Part shown: piece by piece, positions 20,010 to 34,456 of the stretch
How the letters are laid out: every line of letters starts with the position of its first letter
Position numbering within the stretch: position 1 is the first letter of the stretch
From: an uncultured Planctomyces sp.
Lineage (GTDB): Bacteria; Planctomycetota; Planctomycetia; Planctomycetales; Planctomycetaceae
Direction of reading: 5' to 3'
NCBI GenBank assembly: GCA_937899075.1
Contig: CALDJX010000209.1
Coordinates: forward strand, 5,019 to 69,018
DNA: 64,000 nucleotides
Made by a program: the position numbers and the translations under genes
Notes under the pieces: generated by a model
What the model was told of the DNA's origin: nothing
What the model saw: the letters and a program-made list of their open reading frames with translations, nothing else
Databases searched by the model: none

Positions 20010-21686
20010 TTATTCTTTCTTATCGCCATCGGTCGGTCGTCGACGTCTGCGCCGGCGAGGTGGTCGCTGACCCTCTTCGCTTTTTTTCGTCGAATCTCCG
20101 CCTCGACTGGAACCTCCCCGCGGCGGTCCACTCCGTCCCTGGCTGGCTCCGCGAATGTTGGCTTCAACAATCGAGGACATCGCCTGTTCCCAGGTTGGCA
20201 CGTCGTCCCAGTTGTTGGTGGAATCTCGACTCGGACGGACATCCCTTTCCTCATCGTCGTCTGCCTCATCATCGTCGTCGTCGTCCGAGTCTTCGGCCTC
20301 GACGTCATCTGACTCAACTTCGCTGCTTTCCTCTGCGCGGGCGCGAGGTTTTCGGCGGCGACGGCGGCGACGTGGTCGTTTCTCTTCTTCTTCACCCTCT
20401 GAATCATCATCGTCCGCTGATTCTTCAGCGACTTCACCTTCGTCGTCATCTTCGACTTCCGAATCTTCGTCGGTCTCAACGCGAGGCTTGCGACTTCGAC
20501 GGCGACGTCTTCGGCGACGTGGTCGTTCCTCTTCGGAATCTTCCTCGTCGTTATCCGAATCCGAATCAGCGTCGGAATCGTCTTCCGTTTCGCTTTCTTC
20601 GTCGGAGTCGACTTCCGCTCCGAATTCATCGTCAGCAGGCTTGCGACGACGACGTCTGCGGCGTCGACGGCGTTTCGGCTGTTCCGACTCTTCTTCATCC
20701 GAATCGGCTTCAGAGTCCGCGTCGTCGGTAGCGGCTTCTTCCGAGTCTTCGTCGTTTTCATCCGAATCTTCTACCGAATCTTCTACCGCATCTTCGTCGA
20801 CCGGGCGACGTTTTCGGCTGCGGCGTCGACGGCGGCGTTTTGGCTTCTCTTCTTCATCGTCGTCGTCACGACTCGCTGCAACCGATGAATCTTCAGACTG
20901 GTCGTCGTCAGCAACGACCTCAGTTTTGTCGTCGTCGTACGCTTCATGCCCGAAGAAGTTTTCTTCTTCATCGTCGACAATTCCAGCGCCGAATCCGAAT
21001 GAATCGTCTTCCTGCGGTGGCGCGGGCTTTGTTTCTCGCGGCGGACGACTTTTCTTCGGACGATCTTCAGCGACTGGTTTTTTAGTGGCAGGCGCGGCCG
21101 CTTCGACACGGTCTCCGTCGTTGTCCACGCTGGTCCGCTTCGCTTCGACGGTTGGTTTCTTCTCTGCCGGGGGAGCGGATTCCGCTGCTGGACGTGACGA
21201 GCTTTTCTTTCCGCTGATCCCACCGACGTTCCAATCGTCGAGCGGGTCCCAGAAGGAATCATCGGCGTCCGACTTCGGGACGCTCTTTCGAGTCGGTCGC
21301 GGCTCACGGTCTTCAGCAACCGGTTCGGGTGTTCGGGTCGCCGTGCGGGCAGGTGCAGGCACGGGCTCAGCAGCGACTTTTTCTTCTTCCTCATCGTCAT
21401 CTTCAAAGATGATGTCGAAGTCGTCGTCATCGTCTTCGAAGACGATGTCTGAATCCTCGTCTTCGTCTTCAAAATCCGAATCGTCGGATTCTGCGACTGT
21501 CTCAGACTCGACTGGCTCGTCGTCGACGGGCTCTTCCGGTTCCGGCTGGGGATCCAGAGAGGAAAGATCGATCACTTCGAACGGCTCGTCATCGGAATCG
21601 GCCTTTCCGACGTCAATTCCAAAAAGGTCTTTAGCGAGACCTTCCCACGAGTCTGGATCGTTCGATGAATTTTGATTGGTTGTCAT
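20010..21686 (-). CDS. Intrinsically disordered, charge-block protein (polyacidic tracts alternating with poly-Arg runs)
   Basis: 558-aa ORF. Five runs of 6-10 consecutive Arg (e.g. KRRRRRRRRRRK, encoded by mixed CGN/AGA codons) separated by D/E/S-rich blocks. It has a non-repetitive N-terminus (DSWEGLAKDLFGIDVG) and a C-terminal motif (NNWDDVPTWEQAMSSIVEANIRG). The mirror Ser-rich ORF on the + strand is judged a shadow. Confidence 0.6.
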   Translation of the reverse strand: MTTNQNSSNDPDSWEGLAKDLFGIDVGKADSDDEPFEVIDLSSLDPQPEPEEPVDDEPVESETVAESDDSDFEDEDEDSDIVFEDDDDDFDIIFEDDDEEEEKVAAEPVPAPARTATRTPEPVAEDREPRPTRKSVPKSDADDSFWDPLDDWNVGGISGKKSSSRPAAESAPPAEKKPTVEAKRTSVDNDGDRVEAAAPATKKPVAEDRPKKSRPPRETKPAPPQEDDSFGFGAGIVDDEEENFFGHEAYDDDKTEVVADDDQSEDSSVAASRDDDDEEEKPKRRRRRRSRKRRPVDEDAVEDSVEDSDENDEDSEEAATDDADSEADSDEEESEQPKRRRRRRRRRRKPADDEFGAEVDSDEESETEDDSDADSDSDNDEEDSEEERPRRRRRRRRSRKPRVETDEDSEVEDDDEGEVAEESADDDDSEGEEEEKRPRRRRRRRKPRARAEESSEVESDDVEAEDSDDDDDDEADDDEERDVRPSRDSTNNWDDVPTWEQAMSSIVEANIRGASQGRSGPPRGGSSRGGDSTKKSEEGQRPPRRRRRRRPTDGDKKE

Positions 21687-22027
21687 GCGTTAAACATTCT
21701 CAAACACAAACAGGACTGGCATTGGGAGTTCTGCGAGAGCGGCCATGTGGCCCGTGAACGCCGTCTGGCGCCAGGCTCCGGCACAGAATCCGTTAGATAT
21801 TGCGTGAAGTCTGCCGTGTGGCAGCCTTTCAGAGAGTCGGAAAGAGCCGCGGAGTCTAGCGAGAAGGAACTTTCACCGCCATTTGGTCTTGCGAAATCTG
21901 TTCCGACCGAAATACCGCCGCGCCGGCATGTCCCTGCGCAAGGGATCCACATTGACACTTCTGGCCGGTCGCAAATACAAGCTGGCCTCTTCTATTTTCA
22001 CGACGCCAGGATTCCGGAGCGACAAGG

Positions 22028-23344
22028 ATGTCCTCTCTCTTTTCGGCTCGAACGCCACTGATTTTGTGCCTTTCCGTTGCTCTGACCGGTTGTGGAGGCT
22101 CGGAAACTCCTGAGGCCGACACCGCCGGCACCGGGACTGTGCAAGCTGCTCCTGACGGGAAAATTTCCGCACAACAGCAGGCCAGCAAGCTTGTCGAGCA
22201 GGCCATCGCCCAGATCAAGGATCAGAAGTTCGAGGACGCGGTCGCCAGCCTGAACAAGGCGATCGAAACCGACCATCAGAACTCCGAAGCCAGCTTTCAG
22301 CGAGCGGGCATCCTTGCCGACGTCGGGCAGGACCAGCTTGCTCTGAGCGATTATTCGCGAGCCGTCGAACTCAACCCGAACGACGTCCGCTACCGAAACA
22401 TGCGAGGGCTCTTCCTGCTGACCCGCAGCCAGCTCGACCAGGCGTTGACCGACTTCTCTGAAGCTGTCCGCATCGACCCCAAATACATTCAGTCATGGAA
22501 CAATCGAGGCCTGGTCAAACTCGCGAAGACCGACTTCCACGCCGCGATTGATGACTTTAACAAAGCCGTCGAAATCGACCCGACCTACGCTGACGGCTTT
22601 AACAACCGAGGCTTCGCGTGGTTCAAGATGGAGATCTTCGATAAAGCTCTGGCCGACTTCGACAAGACGCTGGAACTGAAACCGGGCTACATCAACGCGT
22701 TGAACAACCGAGGTATGCTGCACCTTCGTCTCAAGCAGCATCGAGAAGCTGTCGCTGACTTTTCCCAGGCGATCACGCACGACGAGAACAACCCGAAGCA
22801 CTATCAGAACCGCATGAGCGCTTACGCCGCGCTCGGCATGGCCGACAACGCACAGGCAGACCAGAGTCGCATCGAGTGGCTGCTCAAACTTGGCCAGATC
22901 AACAACATCGTCGCGCAGGCTCCACAGAGACCGGAAGGTTACATTCAGCGAGCCAGCCATCTGGCCGAAGCGGGCAAGCACGAAGTCGCTCTGGTTAATT
23001 ACGAGCAGGCAATCAAGGTGGCCTCCGACAAGGCAAGTCCCTGGACCAGCCGCGCGAAGTACTGGTTGCAGCGAGGTGATTTCACCAAAGCCATCGCCGA
23101 CTCGACCAAAGCCGTCGAAACCGAATTCAGCCACCCCGCGCTTTCAATCCGAGGCGACGCTTACCTGCAGCAAGGCGACTACGACAAAGCCATCGCCGAT
23201 TTCACCGCCGCCAAACGCCTCGATCCCGGAGTCGCGCAGGCTTACTACCAACGAGCGTTGCAGCGCAAGCAACAAGGCGACGAAACGGGCGCTCGGTCAG
23301 ACTACGAAACGGCATTGCAGCTCGATCCGCAGATCGGCCAGTAG
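22028..23344 (+). CDS. TPR-repeat lipoprotein
   Basis: Signal plus lipobox LILCLSVALTGCGG, followed by about 10 consecutive 34-aa TPR units (AIDDFNKAVEIDPTYADGFNNRGFAWFKMEIFDKALADFDKTLELKPGY...). Confidence 0.85.
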   Translation: MSSLFSARTPLILCLSVALTGCGGSETPEADTAGTGTVQAAPDGKISAQQQASKLVEQAIAQIKDQKFEDAVASLNKAIETDHQNSEASFQRAGILADVGQDQLALSDYSRAVELNPNDVRYRNMRGLFLLTRSQLDQALTDFSEAVRIDPKYIQSWNNRGLVKLAKTDFHAAIDDFNKAVEIDPTYADGFNNRGFAWFKMEIFDKALADFDKTLELKPGYINALNNRGMLHLRLKQHREAVADFSQAITHDENNPKHYQNRMSAYAALGMADNAQADQSRIEWLLKLGQINNIVAQAPQRPEGYIQRASHLAEAGKHEVALVNYEQAIKVASDKASPWTSRAKYWLQRGDFTKAIADSTKAVETEFSHPALSIRGDAYLQQGDYDKAIADFTAAKRLDPGVAQAYYQRALQRKQQGDETGARSDYETALQLDPQIGQ

Positions 23345-23370
23345 CGTCCCGATATGTCACGGCAGACCTC

Positions 23371-28464
<5,094 letters not shown>

Positions 28465-28549
28465 CCCGTCGGGGTTTCCTCTTTCAATGGAGAATTCAGG
28501 AAATCATACGCTCCCGGATTGCGAGACCGTTGTCTAGACTCACGTCTGC

Positions 28550-28840
28550 ATCCCGTAGGTCAGGCTCTGCCTGACGAAGTCTTCAAACAAACTCACTCTG
28601 ACACAAAGCCGCGAATTCTCGCCATCCAGCAAAACCGCAAGATGACTTTAGCCACGGATAAACACGGATTTTCACGGATGGCAAGGGATGCCTCATGTGG
28701 GCATCCTTTCCTTATCCGTGTAATCCGTGGTTTTCGGTATGTTACGTGCCGGAAACAAGAAGTTGCAGATGAGCAAATTTAAGAGGGACGGAATTTCCTT
28801 TGCGTTTCTCTGCGTCTTCGCGACTTTGCGTCAGATTAAG
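28550..28840. repeat. Cluster of REP-like palindromic units in the lhr/argH divergent intergenic region
   Basis: gtcaggc-tct-gcctgac (~28557-28573). A long imperfect hairpin pairs ccacggataaacacggat with atccgtgtaatccgtgg, with an inner ggatgcc/ggcatcc stem. A ctctgcg-type direct repeat occurs at ~28800-28835. Confidence 0.5.
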
Positions 28841-28871
28841 ACTCAATTTCTTCAGCGAACGGAACGGCATC

Positions 28872-30260
28872 GTGACAGGCAAAGCGTGGGGCGGGCGATT
28901 TCAGGAAGCGACTGACGCCCGGGTCGAACGGTTTACAGAATCCATCAGCTTTGATGCACGGCTCGCCGATGTCGACATCACCGGCTCGCAGGCTCACGCT
29001 CGGATGCTCGCCAAAGTCGGACTGATTTCGGACGACGAGCGAGACCAGATTGTCTCCGAACTGGAAAACATCCGCGGCGAGATCGAACGCGGCGAGATGG
29101 CGCATGAGACGGCGCTCGAAGACATCCACATGCACATCGAGAGTCGCCTGACAGAACGACTCGGCGATACCGGACGAAAGCTGCACACCGGCCGCAGCCG
29201 CAACGATCAGGTTTCGACCGACCTGAAACTCTACACGCGAGCGGCCATCGACCGGATCGACGAACTGCTGCTCGACGTGCAGAAGGCATTCGTCGAACGA
29301 GCCGACCGCGACCGCGCAATCGTTATGCCGGCTTACACACATCTGCAACGAGCAATGCCGGTGCTGGCCGCGCACTACTGGCTGGCTTATACCGAAAAGT
29401 TTGAACGAGACCGCCAGCGACTAGCCGACTGTCGACGACGAGTCAACGTGTCTCCGCTGGGAGCGGCCGCACTGGCCGGAACCTCGCTGCCGATCGATCG
29501 TCAGGAAACGGCGAAACTGCTCGGCTTTGAAGACGTCGCGCGAAACAGCCTGGATGTATCGAGCGACCGCGACTACATGGTCGAGTTCGTCCTGGACCTG
29601 TCGCTGATCGCTGCTCACCTGAGTTCGTGGGCGGAAGAGTGGATCATCTGGTTCTCGTGCGAGTTCGGCTTCATCCAGTTGCCCGACGCGTTTACGACCG
29701 GCTCGTCGATCATGCCGCAGAAAAAGAACCCGGACGTGCTGGAGTTAATCCGCGGCAAGACCGCACGAGTCATGGCCGACGTGACTCAACTGCTGGTTCT
29801 GATCAAAGGCCTGCCGATGGCCTACAACCGGGATCTTCAGGAAGACAAACTCGCTCTGTTCGACGCGTTCGACACGGTGGAAGCCTGCCTGGAAGTCGCT
29901 CCCGCATTGATCGCCGGAGCCGAACTTCAGGTTGACCGCATCAACGAAAAGATCGACGACGGATTCCTGGACGCGACCGCGCTGATGGAATACCTCATCA
30001 AACGCGGAGTCCCCATGCGAACCGGACATGGCACCGTCGGCCAACTGGTCGCCGAATGCGAAGCCCGCAAGTGCCAGTTAAAAGATCTCTCACTCGATGA
30101 CCTGCAAGCCGCCTGCGACCTCATCGACGAATCCGTCTACGACGTCCTGGGAACCCACAACGCCGTCGCCGCCCTCCAAAGCTTCGGCTCCGGCGGCAAA
30201 GCCCCGGTAGAAGAACAAATCGCGTATTGGCAAACGCGGTTGCAGCCGCCAGTTGCGTAG
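28872..30260 (+). CDS. argH: Argininosuccinate lyase
   Basis: [26 protein letters not shown], and the fumarate-lyase signature [13 protein letters not shown] place the start at GTG 28872. The track ORF begins at 28800, but that extension lies in REP-like sequence. Confidence 0.9.
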   Translation: MTGKAWGGRFQEATDARVERFTESISFDARLADVDITGSQAHARMLAKVGLISDDERDQIVSELENIRGEIERGEMAHETALEDIHMHIESRLTERLGDTGRKLHTGRSRNDQVSTDLKLYTRAAIDRIDELLLDVQKAFVERADRDRAIVMPAYTHLQRAMPVLAAHYWLAYTEKFERDRQRLADCRRRVNVSPLGAAALAGTSLPIDRQETAKLLGFEDVARNSLDVSSDRDYMVEFVLDLSLIAAHLSSWAEEWIIWFSCEFGFIQLPDAFTTGSSIMPQKKNPDVLELIRGKTARVMADVTQLLVLIKGLPMAYNRDLQEDKLALFDAFDTVEACLEVAPALIAGAELQVDRINEKIDDGFLDATALMEYLIKRGVPMRTGHGTVGQLVAECEARKCQLKDLSLDDLQAACDLIDESVYDVLGTHNAVAALQSFGSGGKAPVEEQIAYWQTRLQPPVA

Positions 30261-30314
30261 GCTGGGTCTTGACCCAGCATTGTCCAATCCGTCATTGCTG
30301 GGTCTCGACCCAGC
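30261..30314. repeat. Two copies of an 18-bp palindrome between convergent argH and nasA (terminator/REP-like)
   Basis: gctgggtc-tt-gacccagc (30261-30278) and gctgggtc-tc-gacccagc (30297-30314). Confidence 0.65.
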
Positions 30315-30343
30315 CTACTTACTGACCTACGGTGGGGCAGCAC

Positions 30344-32647
30344 CTACCCGCGAAGGATCTGGGCGGCGCAGGCTTTGTAGGAAGGCTGTTTTGAGTAGGG
30401 GTCGAAGACGGCGTCGGTGAGTTGGTTGACCTCTTCGTAGTGCATGGGCAGGAAGAGTTGGCCGGGTTGGACGTTGGGGGTCACGAAGGCGCTGGCTCGG
30501 ACTCGGCCGCGTTGGGACATCACGATGACGGTGTCCTGAGGTTTGATGCCTCGTTTGCGTGCGTCGGTGGGGTTGATCTCGACGTACAGCTTTGCCGGGT
30601 AGAGCTTCTTCAGGACGGCGGACTTTGACGTTCGAGTCTGAGTGTGCCACTGCGAGGCCGTGCCTCGTCCCGTCAACAGAATCAGCGGAAACTGCGCCGA
30701 AGGTGGCTCGGGCATCGGCCTGGGTTCTTCGAACAGAAACTTCGCTCGACCGTCCGCGTGGTAGAAGCGGCCGTCTTCGAAGAGGCGACGCTGAGAGGGC
30801 TGAGGGCCACGGGTCGAGGGACGAGAGCCTTTGCCTTCTGCCTCTCGTCCCTCGACTCTTGACTCTCGACCTTCGAACGGCCACTGAATTCCGCCCAATT
30901 CGTCGAGCATGCGGTAATCGTCGACGCCGGTGATGTCGCAGGGCTGGTCGGCGGAGAGTTGCTTGAGAATCTGGAAGACCGCGTCGGGGGAACTCCATTT
31001 TTCGAACATCTTTCCGACGCCCCAGTAGTCGGCGATCAGTCGAAAAATGGAGAAGTCGGACAGCGCTTCGCCGGGTGCTTTGCGGACTTTCTTCAAGACC
31101 CCGATGCGGCGTTCTGAGTTGATGAAGGTCCCTTCTTTTTCTCCCCAGCCGGCTGCCGGTAGCACGAGGTCCGCCATCGTTGCGGTCTCGGTTGTGTGGT
31201 ACATGTCCTGCACGACGAGGAAGTCCAGTCGCTCCAAGATGTCGCGGCACTGAGTCTGGTTGATCCACGAGTGCGCCGGATTCGTGCAGATAACCCACAG
31301 GCCTTTGATCTTTCCTCGCAGGATGCCTTCGATGATTTCGTGATAGGCCCAGGAGGGTTCGCGCGGGATCTGTTCGGAGTCGATCGCCAGAATGTCCGCG
31401 ACTTTCTGACGGTGGTCTTCGTCCGCGAAGTCGTGACCGCCCAGCAGGTTGGTTGTGTTACTGAAAAGCCTCGAGCCCATCGCGTTGCACTGTCCGGTGA
31501 TCGAGTTTGCTCCCGTTCCCGGTCGGCCGATGTTTCCGGTCATCAACGCCAGGTTGATAATCGCTTGCGCGGTGCGGACCCCCTGGTAACTCTGATTGAC
31601 GCCCATCGTCCACCAGAAGGAGACACGTTTCCCGGCATGGATTATCTCGGCGAGGCGTTCGATCTGTTCGGCCGCCAGGCCTGTTTCTGCGGAAACTCGC
31701 TCAAGAGTGAACTGCTCAACGAAGGCAGCGAACTCGGTGAAACCGTTGGTGCTTTGCTCGATGAAAGAATCGTCCAGCCAGTTGTTGTCGATCAGAATTT
31801 TCGCGATTCCGTACAGCAGCGACTGGTCGGACTTCGGAGCCAGCGGCACGTGCTGCGTTGCCTGCATGGCGGTTTCGGTCATGCGAGGATCGATGACGAC
31901 GATCTCGGGCTCGTGTGGGTTTCGCATGACGCGTTCCCACATAATCGGATGGGCAATGCACAGGTTGCTGCCGACTAACACGATGACGTCGGACTCTTCG
32001 AAATCCTGATACGTGTACGGCGGCGCATCGAAGCCGAACGCCTGCTTGTACGCGACGACGGACGTCGCCATGCACTGCCGCGTGTTCCCGTCGCCGTGCA
32101 GGATGCCCATGCCGAATTTGGTTAGAGCACCGAGCAGAGCCATTTCTTCCGTGGGAATCTGCCCGGTGCTGAGAAACGCCACGGACTCCGTCCCATGACA
32201 CTGCTGAATGTTTTTGAAGCGATCGGTGAAGGTGCGGAGTGCCGTGTCCCAGTCGGTCGGAACGAGTTTGCCGGATTCATCTTTTATCAGCGGCCGTGTG
32301 GCTCGATCCGGTGAGTCGAGCACGGTCAGCGCTTCCCAGCCTTTCGGGCAAGCCATGCCCAGGTTGACCGGGTATTCGGTCGCCGGAGTCAGACTGACGG
32401 CTTCGCCGTCTTTCAGATGAATGTTGAGCCCGCAGCCTGTCGAGCAGTACCCGCACGTCATCGTTGTCGTCGCGTCAGGCTTCGACTTTGCCGGAACTTT
32501 CCCCAGGCCGAAGCCGCCCGGTTCAAGCAACAACTCGCGTGTGAGATGTCCGTCGCGCTGATGCATGAACGCAGGCAGTCGTGATTCCTGCACGACGGGC
32601 AGTTCCAGATCGACCGATTCGATTTCATCTGTGATTTCCGGCGGCAT
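30344..32647 (-). CDS. nasA: Assimilatory-type nitrate reductase catalytic subunit (molybdopterin oxidoreductase, NasA/NarB-like)
   Basis: N-terminal 4Fe-4S motif [14 protein letters not shown] and MopB-type core ([39 protein letters not shown]). There is no twin-arginine signal. Confidence 0.85.
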   Translation of the reverse strand: MPPEITDEIESVDLELPVVQESRLPAFMHQRDGHLTRELLLEPGGFGLGKVPAKSKPDATTTMTCGYCSTGCGLNIHLKDGEAVSLTPATEYPVNLGMACPKGWEALTVLDSPDRATRPLIKDESGKLVPTDWDTALRTFTDRFKNIQQCHGTESVAFLSTGQIPTEEMALLGALTKFGMGILHGDGNTRQCMATSVVAYKQAFGFDAPPYTYQDFEESDVIVLVGSNLCIAHPIMWERVMRNPHEPEIVVIDPRMTETAMQATQHVPLAPKSDQSLLYGIAKILIDNNWLDDSFIEQSTNGFTEFAAFVEQFTLERVSAETGLAAEQIERLAEIIHAGKRVSFWWTMGVNQSYQGVRTAQAIINLALMTGNIGRPGTGANSITGQCNAMGSRLFSNTTNLLGGHDFADEDHRQKVADILAIDSEQIPREPSWAYHEIIEGILRGKIKGLWVICTNPAHSWINQTQCRDILERLDFLVVQDMYHTTETATMADLVLPAAGWGEKEGTFINSERRIGVLKKVRKAPGEALSDFSIFRLIADYWGVGKMFEKWSSPDAVFQILKQLSADQPCDITGVDDYRMLDELGGIQWPFEGRESRVEGREAEGKGSRPSTRGPQPSQRRLFEDGRFYHADGRAKFLFEEPRPMPEPPSAQFPLILLTGRGTASQWHTQTRTSKSAVLKKLYPAKLYVEINPTDARKRGIKPQDTVIVMSQRGRVRASAFVTPNVQPGQLFLPMHYEEVNQLTDAVFDPYSKQPSYKACAAQILRG
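30813..30856. repeat. 15-bp perfect inverted repeat inside nasA coding sequence
   Basis: gtcgagggacgagag (30813-30827) pairs with ctctcgtccctcgac (30842-30856), with a 14-nt loop. It is flanked by gaggg / ctcgac iterations and encodes ...[26 protein letters not shown]... Confidence 0.85.
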
Positions 32648-32653
32648 AAAACG

Positions 32654-34438
32654 TTAGCTCCTGATTGAACCGGGCATTCGTGGCGACGCCACCGCCGCGA
32701 AGAAGAGGTAACGCTCCAGCAACTCACCAGCCAGACACGCGATGAACAACATGCCCGTCACGATGACCAGGAAGATGGGATTCTGCGGAGTCTCGGAAGT
32801 CGCTCGAAGAAGCAGTGCCGGCATGGCGAGACCTCCAAGAACTCCGCAGGCAAATCTTGCGATCGTGAAACTCGCCAGCGATCCCGTCATCAGCAGAGCC
32901 GATCGTTTCATCGGAGTTGTTTGGCGACTCAGCAATGGTCGAAGCAGGCTGGCTTCGAACAGCAGTTTGACTCCGGCAATCAGAATCAACGACTGACAGA
33001 TACCGCGGCCGTAGGTTTCAATGATCCCCGAAACGCTGCCCGACTGATTGTCGCTTCCGAATGTCGACACAAGCAAAAGCGTCAACCAGACGGCGGCGAC
33101 GCCGAGCAGACACGTCGTCAGTCCGAAGCGAATCGACGACTGACCGAAGCTCCAGAACTCTCGGCGCGTGAATGCGTAAATCATGACCGAGCAGAAGACT
33201 CCAACCAGCCCCGAAATCGCCACGCCCCAACCCAGCCACGACTGAAAGAACTCGTTCCTGACGATCAGGTCGGGACCAAACCAGTTTCCAGCGGCATAGA
33301 TCACCGCCAGCTTGGCGAAGATCCCAAAGGCAACGATCTCGCGACTCAACCACGAATGCCGCAGTCCAATGATCGCTCGCCACGCGTACTGTGGCCGTCC
33401 CAGGTGGAGCGTGCTGGACGCCAGCGCGAGCAACCCGAAGACGAGAGCACTCAGCGAGTGAACCGGTCGCATGGCGGCGATGAGCGATTCATCAAGGAAT
33501 CGTTCCAGGACGAGCCCTGACAAAAACGCACCCACGGAAAGCTGTGTCAGCACCAGCATGATGATCAGCGGCCAGTGCGGATGCTGCGCGGACACCGAGT
33601 AATAATCCGCCGGCAGCAGGTTCCGCGGAAACACTCGCTTAGTTCGATAGGTTGTCGTGGGAAGCGTAATGTGCGGTTCGGGGGCGGCCGGGAGAAACAG
33701 ATTGGCTTCGGAGTCTTCGACGACCTGCTCGACATCAACGATGCGGATCGAAATCGCTTCGTGCGGGCACGACTGCACGCACGCCGGAGCTTCGCCCGCC
33801 GAAAGCCTGTCCGAACACATGTCGCACTTTCGGACGATGCCCTTCTGCTTGTGATATTTCGGTACGTCGTACGGACAGGCCAGCGTGCAGTACTGACAAC
33901 CGAAACATTGATCATCAAGGTGTTTGACGATGCCCGTGACGGGATTCTTCTCGTAAGCATCCACCGGGCAAGCCGTCATGCAGGCAGGTTCAATGCAGTG
34001 ATGACAGGCCGTCGTCACGTGCTGCATCACGGGATTTGCGCTGGTCCCTCCGACGAGCAAACCGACGTCACGCCACGTCTCCGTCTCGTCGAGTCCGTTC
34101 AATGAATGGCAGGCGGTCACGCACGCCTTGCATCCCGAGCACGCATCAAGGTCGACATCAAACGCGTACTGCTGACCCGGGCCGGGAGCCGTCGCAGGAA
34201 TCAGTGACGAGTAGTATCTCGACTGCGCAGGAGCCGCCTGTTCGTTGCAGGCCTGAGAAAACTGTTCGACCGCCGTCAGCTCCTGCTGATCCGCCAGCAG
34301 ACGTTCGAGCAGGGTTGGACCAATTGAAAGTCCTGCAACGATCGCCTCGGAGCCGCCTTTGTGATCTAAGCTGCTACTCGACACGAAGTCGGCTGGCGAT
34401 TGCATCTGATCAACTGTTTCATGGGAAGTCTCAGCCAC
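32654..34438 (-). CDS. Four-cluster 4Fe-4S ferredoxin (DmsB/NrfC-like) fused to an ~8-TM DmsC-like membrane anchor
   Basis: Cys motifs CSGCKACVTAC, CHHCIEPACMTAC, CFGCQYCTLAC and CDMCSDRL...CVQSC. The C-terminal ~330 aa hold about 8 hydrophobic helices. The stop lies 6 nt before the nasA start. GTG start at 34438, with an alternative ATG (MQSP). Confidence 0.8.
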   Translation of the reverse strand: MAETSHETVDQMQSPADFVSSSSLDHKGGSEAIVAGLSIGPTLLERLLADQQELTAVEQFSQACNEQAAPAQSRYYSSLIPATAPGPGQQYAFDVDLDACSGCKACVTACHSLNGLDETETWRDVGLLVGGTSANPVMQHVTTACHHCIEPACMTACPVDAYEKNPVTGIVKHLDDQCFGCQYCTLACPYDVPKYHKQKGIVRKCDMCSDRLSAGEAPACVQSCPHEAISIRIVDVEQVVEDSEANLFLPAAPEPHITLPTTTYRTKRVFPRNLLPADYYSVSAQHPHWPLIIMLVLTQLSVGAFLSGLVLERFLDESLIAAMRPVHSLSALVFGLLALASSTLHLGRPQYAWRAIIGLRHSWLSREIVAFGIFAKLAVIYAAGNWFGPDLIVRNEFFQSWLGWGVAISGLVGVFCSVMIYAFTRREFWSFGQSSIRFGLTTCLLGVAAVWLTLLLVSTFGSDNQSGSVSGIIETYGRGICQSLILIAGVKLLFEASLLRPLLSRQTTPMKRSALLMTGSLASFTIARFACGVLGGLAMPALLLRATSETPQNPIFLVIVTGMLFIACLAGELLERYLFFAAVASPRMPGSIRS

Positions 34439-34456
34439 AGTGAGCTTCTCCCATTT

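Noticed and set aside
20155-21675. 506-aa Ser-rich ORF on the + strand, mirroring the acidic/poly-Arg gene
   Set aside because: Runs of GAN/CGN codons on one strand automatically give open Ser/Arg-rich frames on the other. The minus-strand product has non-repetitive termini and sits in a co-directional gene block. The + strand ORF is almost pure SSSS/RRRR. I keep this as an open question in the finding.
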